Shown: positions 32,883 through 41,408 of the stretch, one piece after another | Layout: each line of letters starts with the position of its first letter | How positions within the stretch are numbered: position 1 is the first letter of the stretch | Source of the DNA: a virus | Taxonomy: Duplodnaviria > Caudoviricetes | DNA: 52,408 nucleotides | Virus record (IMG/VR): IMGVR_UViG_3300024259_001058 | Coordinates: 1-52,408 of that record | Strand: one strand, 5' to 3' | Made by a program: the position numbers and the translations under genes | The notes under the pieces: generated by a model | Database searches by the model: none | Told to the model about the DNA's origin: nothing | What the model saw: only the letters and a program-made list of their open reading frames with translations

Positions 32883-35047
32883 TACACGTCCACCGTCTCA
32901 TACTCTAGGATGATCGCCACGATGGTCCCCATCGCCGTGCCTTCCACCGTGACCTGACAGGCGTATCCCGAGGCATCGGAGAAGCCGTACCAGTACTGGT
33001 CGTCCGACCCTGGAGCGCCCGCTGCGGGCAACTGTGTCGCGGTACTGCTATGGTTGATGAAGCCCTTTACCGTCAGCGAGGACTCCACACCGCCAATCTG
33101 AAGCACCCGAAGCCCGTGGAACTGCGCCCGCACAGGCAACGTCACCAAGGGGGACTTCCAAAGCGACGTTATGGCGGCGCTAGCGAAGTCCGTAGCATCG
33201 GTCGTGTCCGCCTCGATAACGAAGCCGTTGCCGAAGAGTCCCGCGTAGAACTCCCGTGACCGTGGGTAGTCCCAGGAGTAACAGAAGACCGAGCGCCCGC
33301 GCTGCCCACGCCAGAGATTCAGAAGCGTGTCGAAGACCACCTCGCGGTCGTTGCGGTAGATAGAATACGCATACACGGTCGATGCCGCATCCGTTCCTTG
33401 TTCCCACGTTATCCTATCGTTAGCGTCATCGACGGTAGTGACTACCCCGTGATACTGCTCGGGCAGCGTGTTCTGGATATGGTCGCCGATGGCCACTCCC
33501 GACAAATCCCAAGCGGTGCCGTCGCTCACTGCGAGTGGCGTCCCCGTCCCGAATACCCGGGTCCCCGCGCTGCCGGTAGTCAGTGTCCCCGTCGTCGTGG
33601 TGATAGCCGTTCCAGACGGATAAGCCAGCCAGTACTCGTTGCCCTTTACCCCCGCCACCGGCATCCGCGCCCAGTACAGCTTGATGTCCTTAAGCGACTC
33701 GTTCACGGGGAGCGACACGGGCTGTGCCTGCGCACCATCGAACTTGTAGACTTGGTTGTCCTGTGCCAGGAAGTAGATCGCGTTGCCTAGCTTCTGAATC
33801 GTCCTCGGGTAAGGGCAGCCTATCCCGGCCAGTGCAGTGTCGACACGAATCGTCTGCCGGTCACTTCCCGTTATACGGAAGACATCGGTGTTCGTGAAGA
33901 CGATGAGTGCGTTCCCGGACGGCCCCTCCACAATCCCCGTAATATGCGAGTCGCCGCTACCGATGTCCACGTAGTCGTTCGTTCGGAACCAATCGGGCAG
34001 CACCGCCGTCGACGTGCGGTGCGAGAACCTAACTCTGCGTGGGAGAACCACACACCACAGCCGGTTCTTCCACGACTCGAAGTACGCCACCGGGTCGCTT
34101 AGAACAGCATGGCTCGTGGTGTTGTTCGCGGAGCCTATGGTGTAGGCAGTCGCCCCCGCCGCGTTCAGATTATGCTCGGTGGCGTCGATGTCCACGAACT
34201 CTGTGCTGGTGGCACTGTCCTTCGTTAGCGCCGCGACAAACAGCAACGAGGCGGCGGCGGCCGCACCAGTCGACGCCTGGCCGGTCGTTCGATAGACACG
34301 ATATTGGTCGAATCCCTCGTCCACCGTCTCCGTGAGAGTAATACGGACAGTCCGGTTCGTCCCGTCTGTCTGAACGGTATCTCGGATGATGTCCGTCTCG
34401 ATGCCGTAGGTGCTGTTGTAGTAGGTGTAGCCTGCGCCGTACCAGCTGGACGCGTCCAAATCGGTCCCGGTGGCGTTGTTGTTGACCGCTAGCGTGATCG
34501 CAGCAGGGGCAGCGGAGCCTACTTGATAGACCTTCGACGGCCCGGTCAACGCAGAGGCGCTGTCCCCCCACATCATCCCGAAGCCGCTGATCGACGCGTT
34601 CATAAATATGCGCTGGTTGAACACCAACGCCTTCATGTTCAGCTGCTCCAAGCCCCACGGCGGGATGCTGCTGTCCGCGTTGGTACTGGCGTTCTTGACC
34701 TCTTCGATGGTGTTGTTGCTGTTCCGCGCGCCTGCGCCGTCAGGGACGGCCTGAAGGCGGGAGAGCCCCGCTGCGTTCAGTTGCATCGCTACACGGTTAG
34801 AACGGACTGATGGGTTTGAGGCCGTAGTGCCATCAGTAACCACCGCGCTGATGGCGGTGACAGGGCCGGACTCTTCGGTCACGGCGTTGAACTTGAAAGA
34901 CCCGCCCCGAGGGGCGAGCCTTCCATGCCGGTCTACCTTGAAGTTCCGCAGCTCCTCAGAGACGCCCTCGATGCGGCCTCCTCGAAACCCGTAGAACTCG
35001 TCCATGCCCTGGGCGAAGTTCGACCAGACCACACGTTGGCGTGCCAC
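32882..35047 (-). CDS. Tail nozzle / DNA stabilisation protein (T7 gp12 / P22 gp10-like)
   Basis: Beta-propeller-like pattern (KNRLW...RVRFS, GIGCPYPRTI...AIYFL, EYWLAYP, VFDTLLNLW); N-terminal NFAQG...NF; position in operon. Confidence 0.7.
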   Translation of the reverse strand: MARQRVVWSNFAQGMDEFYGFRGGRIEGVSEELRNFKVDRHGRLAPRGGSFKFNAVTEESGPVTAISAVVTDGTTASNPSVRSNRVAMQLNAAGLSRLQAVPDGAGARNSNNTIEEVKNASTNADSSIPPWGLEQLNMKALVFNQRIFMNASISGFGMMWGDSASALTGPSKVYQVGSAAPAAITLAVNNNATGTDLDASSWYGAGYTYYNSTYGIETDIIRDTVQTDGTNRTVRITLTETVDEGFDQYRVYRTTGQASTGAAAAASLLFVAALTKDSATSTEFVDIDATEHNLNAAGATAYTIGSANNTTSHAVLSDPVAYFESWKNRLWCVVLPRRVRFSHRTSTAVLPDWFRTNDYVDIGSGDSHITGIVEGPSGNALIVFTNTDVFRITGSDRQTIRVDTALAGIGCPYPRTIQKLGNAIYFLAQDNQVYKFDGAQAQPVSLPVNESLKDIKLYWARMPVAGVKGNEYWLAYPSGTAITTTTGTLTTGSAGTRVFGTGTPLAVSDGTAWDLSGVAIGDHIQNTLPEQYHGVVTTVDDANDRITWEQGTDAASTVYAYSIYRNDREVVFDTLLNLWRGQRGRSVFCYSWDYPRSREFYAGLFGNGFVIEADTTDATDFASAAITSLWKSPLVTLPVRAQFHGLRVLQIGGVESSLTVKGFINHSSTATQLPAAGAPGSDDQYWYGFSDASGYACQVTVEGTAMGTIVAIILEYETVDV

Positions 35048-35418
35048 TAGTCGCTCCCAGCTGCTGCCGCTCCAACACCGCTGTCCTCGACATCTTCGCC
35101 CTCGTCCTCATCCTCGTCGTCCTCGTCCTCTTCGACCGGCGGCGGTTCGCCTACCACCGGGTCGTCGGGGCCGCCCTCCATGAAGTAGTACTTATCCCCT
35201 CGGGCCTCGAACCTGATGTTTCGCCCGGCGAGCTTCATCTCAACGCCAATCTCATTGATGAGCGTATTGAGATCGGCCTGTGCCCGCTCGAACATCTGGT
35301 ACTCGACGCACGCGGCCACTTCCTCCTGGCGCTTGGCCACCGTCGCCTGTGCGAAGTTGATGGCCCCACACCGCTCTTTGGAGATCGGGTACTGCCCCGG
35401 CTTCGTCCTCGGCATCAC
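35047..35418 (-). CDS. Hypothetical protein with acidic tail
   Basis: 123-aa coupled ORF; E/D-rich C-terminus. Confidence 0.7.
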   Translation of the reverse strand: MMPRTKPGQYPISKERCGAINFAQATVAKRQEEVAACVEYQMFERAQADLNTLINEIGVEMKLAGRNIRFEARGDKYYFMEGGPDDPVVGEPPPVEEDEDDEDEDEGEDVEDSGVGAAAAGSD

Positions 35419-35606
35419 TTCTTCCTCGCAGGTTTCGGCTCCCCCAACAAAGCCTCAAACCGTTGCTGCATCGCCTTACGCTCGTTGAGACGTTCCATGT
35501 CCCACTTGTCGAGCAGAGGCGTAGCGAAATCCTTCACGCCCGTGGGCTTCCGGCTCCCGTGCTTCTTCCGATAGGCCGCTTCCATCGGCCCGCGCTTACG
35601 AGGCAC
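35415..35606 (-). CDS. Small basic protein
   Basis: 63 aa, K/R-rich; coupled overlaps. Confidence 0.6.
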   Translation of the reverse strand: MPRKRGPMEAAYRKKHGSRKPTGVKDFATPLLDKWDMERLNERKAMQQRFEALLGEPKPARKK

Positions 35607-36033
35607 TTGTCATTACCGTAGCCACTGTGCCAGCAGCCACGGTCCCCGCTACGGTGAATGCTGCGGTGAGCCTTAGCTGGCTCCCGATGGCTCGCGCAGC
35701 CGTCGCATCGTCCGCTAGCGTAAGCGCGGGCGTATACGCGGCGTTGGCCATTGTGCTGCCGTTGAGCACCACCTGCCGGGTGGGCGCTGACGCGTTATCT
35801 GCATTGTCCCAGTGGATGTTGCAGAGCGCCTGCCACGTCCGCCCGTCGTCATACGTAGTCTGAAGGGTGAAGTCTACCTCGTTGGTAGCCGCCAAGGTCA
35901 GATTAGCGGTGTTCTGAATCGTAAGCACCGCCAGCGTATGACCCTGGGGCACCATCACCGGGACAGTCTCCTGCGCCGTCGTAAACGCCGAGGCAGTCAA
36001 CCCCAGGTCCTGAACGCGCCTTGCGTTCTTCAT
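35596..36033 (-). CDS. Small beta-rich structural protein
   Basis: VDFTLQTTYDDGRTW pattern; located in the virion operon. Confidence 0.65.
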   Translation of the reverse strand: MKNARRVQDLGLTASAFTTAQETVPVMVPQGHTLAVLTIQNTANLTLAATNEVDFTLQTTYDDGRTWQALCNIHWDNADNASAPTRQVVLNGSTMANAAYTPALTLADDATAARAIGSQLRLTAAFTVAGTVAAGTVATVMTSAS

Positions 36034-36037
36034 TCAT

Positions 36038-37648
36038 CTACTCCCAGCTGTTGCTGTCTTCAAAGTACAGCCGAGGGTTGCCCGGCCCCCACGTCCTATT
36101 GATTCTGATGTCTGAGGGCCACGGTGTCAAGTCTCCTATGCTACCGTAGCCGTCTTTCTGTCTCTGACGTAGCATGTCCATCACGCGGTTCACCTGAACC
36201 TGATACCGAGCCTCATACTGAGCCGCATCGTCCAACGAGTTCTGGCGCTTACCGAGGCATATTGCTACCGTCTTGAACCGAATCGCCGAGATGGCCGCCG
36301 TCGGGAACGGGACCACGTTGGAGTCGTCCACAAACGCGGGTATCGTTACCGCAGCACGCACCCGGAACGCCTCGGTGCGGTTATACGCATGGACCTTGAA
36401 CAGCATGTCGTTCGTGCCTGCTGTCCACGACGAGCCGTTGTGCGTGGCGTCGTTGCCGTTGTCATAGCCACCGTCGTCGTCATACTGCCACGTGTAGTGG
36501 TTGTCGATGTCGTCGGTTGCGCCGTAGTAGGCGCTCTGCGTCGGTATCTCGGCAGTTAGCCAATAGGCCGTGTTCGCCGCCAGCATGAACGGCTCTTCAA
36601 AATAGAACTCAGCCCACCCGTTCTCACCCGGCGTAGCGTTGGCTGCCTTCGCCCGGAACGACGCCAGCGTGCCAGACGGGACGGAAGCGGAGTCCGTCTC
36701 AATCCGAACCACCATCGCACCGATTGGCCCGTCCGTAGGCGCGTCCGTTATCGTCTTCGTAGACGCCCCCAGCCTGATAGACACGCCCGAAATAACCGTA
36801 TCGCGCCGAAGCAGGAACTTCTGCCCGGCCTTCTGGTTCGTGTCTGAGACGTTCCCGATTCCGTGGGTTCCGTCCGACGCGGACGTATGCTCGATAACAG
36901 CCGTCTGATCGGTCGAAGATGGCGCGTTGCGTAGAACCACATCTTTACGTGTGTACTCCCTCGCGCGTATCTCGTACACATCGCCAAGCTCGAAGTTGTT
37001 ACGCCCGCCGCCCTGCAACCCCGCACCGGCCGTCTGCGCCGGGAACGTCAAAGTCGTGGCGGCTATCCCGCTGGCGTCGATGGTCGCTTCGCCGTTGTCG
37101 GTCACGTTCAGGACTGCATCGCTGTTCCCGTCCGTCGTCAGGTCCCGCAACGCGGCACCCTTCTCGTTCACGACGTTCGTGCCGTCCACGAAGGACTCTT
37201 CGGTAGCGAAGGGACTACCACGGTCTGCATCTACCACCGTCGTAGCGGACCCGCTGGTGACAATGCCCCGAGTCATCAGCTTCCGTGCGTCGCGCACGGC
37301 AAAGGTGCCGGGGTTGTCGCTCGTGTTGTCCGTGTCCCGATACGCCTCTACCGAGTCCTGCGTAATCTGGTCTAGCGGCGTGTACTGGCCCGCGTCAAGC
37401 CAGTCGACCGCTAGCACCTCGATCACTTCCTTCGGCATCTGATACCGGCGCTTACCCGCCACCGGATGGAAGACGAAGTAGTTCTCAAGGAGCGCGAAGG
37501 CGTCGTGAGAGACGCAATCCTCGCACGTCTCATCCACCGCCTGCTGAAGGGCGGCGTTGATCTCGGCGTCCGTGTGCTGCCCGGCGGTAAGCTCTCCGAG
37601 TAAGCGCCGGACCTCTGTGAGCATTTCGCTGCGTATTAGCGTCGGCAT
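36038..37648 (-). CDS. Head-tail adaptor (tail tubular A-like) with large inserted domains
   Basis: N-terminal EVRRLLGE...DAEINAALQQA...GKRRYQMP and C-terminal P.P...AI...A...AAQYEARY adaptor pattern around a ~340-aa beta-rich insert. Confidence 0.65.
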   Translation of the reverse strand: MPTLIRSEMLTEVRRLLGELTAGQHTDAEINAALQQAVDETCEDCVSHDAFALLENYFVFHPVAGKRRYQMPKEVIEVLAVDWLDAGQYTPLDQITQDSVEAYRDTDNTSDNPGTFAVRDARKLMTRGIVTSGSATTVVDADRGSPFATEESFVDGTNVVNEKGAALRDLTTDGNSDAVLNVTDNGEATIDASGIAATTLTFPAQTAGAGLQGGGRNNFELGDVYEIRAREYTRKDVVLRNAPSSTDQTAVIEHTSASDGTHGIGNVSDTNQKAGQKFLLRRDTVISGVSIRLGASTKTITDAPTDGPIGAMVVRIETDSASVPSGTLASFRAKAANATPGENGWAEFYFEEPFMLAANTAYWLTAEIPTQSAYYGATDDIDNHYTWQYDDDGGYDNGNDATHNGSSWTAGTNDMLFKVHAYNRTEAFRVRAAVTIPAFVDDSNVVPFPTAAISAIRFKTVAICLGKRQNSLDDAAQYEARYQVQVNRVMDMLRQRQKDGYGSIGDLTPWPSDIRINRTWGPGNPRLYFEDSNSWE

Positions 37649-37670
37649 CTACTCACTCCGAGAAGGAGGT

Positions 37671-37690
37671 GCGGGGGCCGAAGCCCCCGC
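37671..37690 (-). terminator. GC hairpin with cUUCGg tetraloop between head and tail genes
   Basis: GCGGGGGC-TTCG-GCCCCCGC on the - strand; weak pyrimidine tail, so partial terminator or mRNA stabiliser. Confidence 0.6.
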
Positions 37691-37701
37691 CGGTTGCGTC
37701 C

Positions 37702-37917
37702 CTACGCCAGGTGTGCGAGCGTGTTCGGGAGATTCGCCGTGGCCCGCCACTCCTTATACGCGGCCACGTCCCGAACGTGTGCCATCTTCGCACCCTTCTT
37801 CCCACCCTTGCCCGTCCTGCGGACAGACTCGGAGAGAAGGTCCTCGGGGATGAGTTCCTTCACCTCCTCGACACTCCGGTTCACGTCCTCTGCGATGCGC
37901 GCCAGTGTAAGCGCCAT
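37702..37917 (-). CDS. Small HTH-like protein
   Basis: TAAGGAG RBS before ATG 37917; LTLARIAEDVNRSVEEVKELI. Confidence 0.65.
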   Translation of the reverse strand: MALTLARIAEDVNRSVEEVKELIPEDLLSESVRRTGKGGKKGAKMAHVRDVAAYKEWRATANLPNTLAHLA

Positions 37918-37928
37918 GTCTCGTCTCC

Positions 37929-38174
37929 TTAGATGCGCCCGGCGGCGCGTTGTGAGGTACGCCACGCAACGTATTCAGGACGCTGGACGATGTAGCAATC
38001 CACGCCGTCATGCTCCCGCATCGTGTGCGGTATGCCGTCCGGCGCTGTGAGCAGTTCCTCAGCCCGTTCCGGGGAGCAGGCCAGGTCGGAACATATCTCG
38101 TAGATAGCCATGTCGTCCGCCTCCATCTGCGACAGAGGTATCAGCGTCTGATATGCGGTGCGTGGCTGACTCAT
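37929..38174 (-). CDS. Small HTH-like protein
   Basis: TAATG coupling; MAIYEICSDLACSPERAEELL resembles the next gene. Confidence 0.6.
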   Translation of the reverse strand: MSQPRTAYQTLIPLSQMEADDMAIYEICSDLACSPERAEELLTAPDGIPHTMREHDGVDCYIVQRPEYVAWRTSQRAAGRI

Positions 38175-39340
38175 TACACCCCGCCCGTTAGGACATCGGT
38201 GGTTCCCGCCTGAAGGCGCGCGATCTCGGCTTCCATGCCCGCGACCATGCCACGCACTTCATCGTAGTTCGCGTCCACCTTGTCGTTCAGCTGACCGATG
38301 GCTCCCAAAGCGAACAGGTCGGCCTTTTGGAGGTTCCACATGAACCCGGAGCCGCCCTGCTCAGGCGTCTTGCGAGACACCACGCCGATGCGCTCCATCT
38401 CCCCGAGCCACAGAACCTGGCTAGCCTCCGTCTCGTCAAGCAGAGCGTTGATGCCGATGTCATCGTGTTCATCGAAGACCGTCACGCTCCCCGCGCCGCC
38501 GCCGAGGTCAGCGTGAATCTGCCCCACGTGGTCGATTCTGACCGCAAGGTTCGCCGCCGCAGACGTTGATGTGGTGAACTGGAACTCCGAGCCATAGGAT
38601 ACCGCTGTCGCGTCTATCCACAGCACGTCGATCTGCCCGATGGTGGTGTTGGTCGGCGTGGTTTCCTCATCATCCGCCTTGAAGATGATGCGGCCCGCCA
38701 CGTCGTTATCTGCCGCCGACGCTGACTGCTGGTTGAGTTCGATGACCGCACCAACCGCGCCCGCAGCGTTGCTGAGAGCCTGGAAGGCCGCCCCGGTCGA
38801 GTCGTTCTCTGAGATGATTCCGATGGCGTTCACCGCGTCCACGTGGTCGATCTTGACGTGGATGCAGTCCCAAGCACCCGTGTCAGCCGAGGCTGCCAGG
38901 ATGTTGAGGCCCGAACCCGTGGTCATAGCCGACGGGACGAGGTTGATGGTGTTCCCGGTGGTGTTGGTAGCCGCGATGGTGATGCCGTTACCAGTCGTCA
39001 GGGCCGACATCGAGATGTTCAGCCCGTCACCCGTGGTAAGCGAATCCCAGTCCCAGTCTCCGACCACACCGGTCGTGGTATCGGCAATCCACTGGAACGA
39101 GTCGGCCGTTGTACCGTCCGTGTCCAGCAACAGCCCCACGCCGTTGTAGTCGTGGTTGATGTTCAGCAGCGGGTTCGTCGTATCCGATGCGACGAACTGG
39201 AACTGCACCGGGAACTTGAACCGGAGGTTGTAGTTGGTCGAGTCGAGGTCCGCGCCCAGAACCATGTGGCGGTCGAGGTTGTACCCCGTGCCACGCTTTC
39301 CGCCCGTAGCAGCCCAGCTGGCTGTGTGCGTTGCCTGCAT
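38174..39340 (-). CDS. Probable head fibre/spike with C-terminal coiled coil
   Basis: TTG.G..I beta-repeat region; C-terminal GAIGQL...EAEIARL coiled coil; ATG 39340 after GGAG; follows the cement gene. Confidence 0.55.
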   Translation of the reverse strand: MQATHTASWAATGGKRGTGYNLDRHMVLGADLDSTNYNLRFKFPVQFQFVASDTTNPLLNINHDYNGVGLLLDTDGTTADSFQWIADTTTGVVGDWDWDSLTTGDGLNISMSALTTGNGITIAATNTTGNTINLVPSAMTTGSGLNILAASADTGAWDCIHVKIDHVDAVNAIGIISENDSTGAAFQALSNAAGAVGAVIELNQQSASAADNDVAGRIIFKADDEETTPTNTTIGQIDVLWIDATAVSYGSEFQFTTSTSAAANLAVRIDHVGQIHADLGGGAGSVTVFDEHDDIGINALLDETEASQVLWLGEMERIGVVSRKTPEQGGSGFMWNLQKADLFALGAIGQLNDKVDANYDEVRGMVAGMEAEIARLQAGTTDVLTGGV

Positions 39341-39411
39341 TGTCTTCTCCACTGAGTCCCCCACGGCGCGGACGGCCCGGATGCCGCCGCCCGTGGAGAA
39401 GACTGTTTGGG

Positions 39412-40263
39412 TTACTGTCCGAACTGAGCCGGGAAGCCGAGCGTGTTGCCACGGCCCGCGAACGGGAAGCCCGGGCCACCGCCGACACCGTAGGTGTAGT
39501 TCATGTTGCCGCAGGTGAGGTCAATCAAGACCAACCCGTCAGCGTCCTGATCGACACCCACCGCGCGACCGATAGCCGAGGCAAGCTCGGTCGTGGTCGA
39601 CGTAGCGGTTTCGCCCTCTGCATACCCATCCGTCGTGTCCGACGGGATGAGCAGCATGTTGTCGTCGGAGATGGCCGTGTCGTCCGTATCGAGCAGGACC
39701 ATCGTCCGCCCGGTCAGCTGCATCCAGAACCAGCCGTTGTCAGCCGGAGCGGCGTTACACACGCCCACAGCCTTGTCGTCTGGGTCCGTCGTCAGGACCA
39801 CGCGCGTCGGACAGGAGACCACGAAGTCACTGGCAGTCGTCAGCGCGGTGGCGATTGCGCCATCGTCGCTATTCCACCAGTAAACGTCCACGAGGCTGTC
39901 CGTCACGCGCTGGATGATCGGCCCGCCCTGCCCCTGGGCAGCGCCAGCGTTAATCCAGAGGAAGTAGATGTGGCCGTTGCGCGTGTCACCACGGATGTCC
40001 TGAAGGATGGCCGACGTGAAGTCGTCCGTCCCGGTCACCCGAATGGTGTCCGCCGCCGCCGCCGCATCCACGTCCGCGTCACGGATTACCCCGTTGTTCC
40101 CCGTCAGCTTCAGCACGTTGCCCTTGGCAAGCGCCGCGCCTTGGTGGTTCTGCACGCAGATGAACTGACGCCCGGAGGGCGTAGTGATGCGTTTCCCCGC
40201 CTGGTCGGGAGGCCCCTCCGTCTGCGTGAACACCTGATCGAGTCCGCCGAAATACATATCCAT
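39412..40263 (-). CDS. Capsid decoration/cement protein
   Basis: Directly after MCP; GRQFICVQN...A.AKG and AVGV..AA.ADNGWFWMQLTG pattern. Confidence 0.6.
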   Translation of the reverse strand: MDMYFGGLDQVFTQTEGPPDQAGKRITTPSGRQFICVQNHQGAALAKGNVLKLTGNNGVIRDADVDAAAAADTIRVTGTDDFTSAILQDIRGDTRNGHIYFLWINAGAAQGQGGPIIQRVTDSLVDVYWWNSDDGAIATALTTASDFVVSCPTRVVLTTDPDDKAVGVCNAAPADNGWFWMQLTGRTMVLLDTDDTAISDDNMLLIPSDTTDGYAEGETATSTTTELASAIGRAVGVDQDADGLVLIDLTCGNMNYTYGVGGGPGFPFAGRGNTLGFPAQFGQ

Positions 40264-40281
40264 GTCAGGGTTCCTTCCCGG

Positions 40282-41301
40282 TTATATGGTGGAGATGTCT
40301 TCGATACGCCCCTGCCGGTGCCGGTCGGAGCATATCAAGGCGAGGTCGGAAATCACGTGACCGACCACGGAGTCGTCTTCCTGCTGGAACCCGAGGAAGT
40401 CGAAGTCCGCAGAGTTGCGGATTCCCAGCCAGAAGGAGTTGTGGTTGATGAAGACCATCTGGTTCGCCGGGGCCATCTCGTCACGGACGAATGTGGCGAA
40501 GTCGTATTCCACATTCTTGAAGCCCAGCTTCGCCAGATTCTCGTTGGTCTGCGGGTGCTGACCTTCGAGCAGGAGGTTGAAGGTGTTGAACACCTTGTTG
40601 TTCATGTAGACCATGATGTCTTCGGGGTCGTCCTCGCCGGTCCCTCGTCGGAGGTTGGCGAGCATGGCCGAGACATCTTCGAGGCCGATGCTGCGGTTCG
40701 TGCCGCTGTTCGTGTCGACGTGACCCGACCAGCGATTCAGACCGTCCACATCGTCCGTGCCGACATCGCCCACCGCGAGGCCCGCGTAGGACGCCGTGGT
40801 GTCGATGATGGTCTTCTGGCCTTGGAGCGTTTCGCCGTCAGCGCCATCGCCTGTGCCGTAGATGTCCGTGCCGATCTCGAAGACCAGCGACGAAATCGCC
40901 TCTTCCATCTGCTCGTCAATGAAGGAGAACAGGGTGTTCGCCTTGTTGCGGCCGAGCGATTTCAGAGAGTCCTGGCGCAGGAGTGCGCCGATGCCCACGT
41001 CGATGTTCCCACGGAGAGTGGGACCGTCGATCTGGACGGCGCTCGCGTAGTGCTTCCAGCCGATGGAGCCGCGCTTGACGGCCTTGCGACGGACACGCGG
41101 GAGCCGACCGTAGGACGAGTAAGTCCCGGCGGGCTGGCGTTCCGTCCAGATGCCGAACTTGACCACATCGCCTTCCCCGTAGTGGACGGCTTTGCGAATC
41201 AGGTTCGCAGCAAAGACATGCGACCTCTTGATGACCTGCTTATCGAGGCCACCCCAGGTGTAGCGTACACCCAGTTCCAGTTCCGTAAGAATCGCGGACA
41301 T
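40282..41301 (-). CDS. Major capsid protein
   Basis: About 340 aa after portal and scaffold; WKHYASAVQIDG, YGTG...LQG, GFKNVEYD, C-terminal L.C...RQGRI pattern. Confidence 0.82.
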   Translation of the reverse strand: MSAILTELELGVRYTWGGLDKQVIKRSHVFAANLIRKAVHYGEGDVVKFGIWTERQPAGTYSSYGRLPRVRRKAVKRGSIGWKHYASAVQIDGPTLRGNIDVGIGALLRQDSLKSLGRNKANTLFSFIDEQMEEAISSLVFEIGTDIYGTGDGADGETLQGQKTIIDTTASYAGLAVGDVGTDDVDGLNRWSGHVDTNSGTNRSIGLEDVSAMLANLRRGTGEDDPEDIMVYMNNKVFNTFNLLLEGQHPQTNENLAKLGFKNVEYDFATFVRDEMAPANQMVFINHNSFWLGIRNSADFDFLGFQQEDDSVVGHVISDLALICSDRHRQGRIEDISTI

Positions 41302-41408
41302 TGGTTTCCCTCTCGGGTGAGCCAACTCCGCTACAGGATAACACCCCCACTATGGGGATGCGGGGCGCGTGGCCTATCCTGCTACCGCGCGCCCTAGCAT
41401 CGTCGTCG

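Noticed and set aside
39331-41397. 688-aa + strand ORF
   Set aside because: Antisense shadow of the capsid and cement genes; Arg/Val/His-rich composition typical of reverse frames in high-GC DNA.
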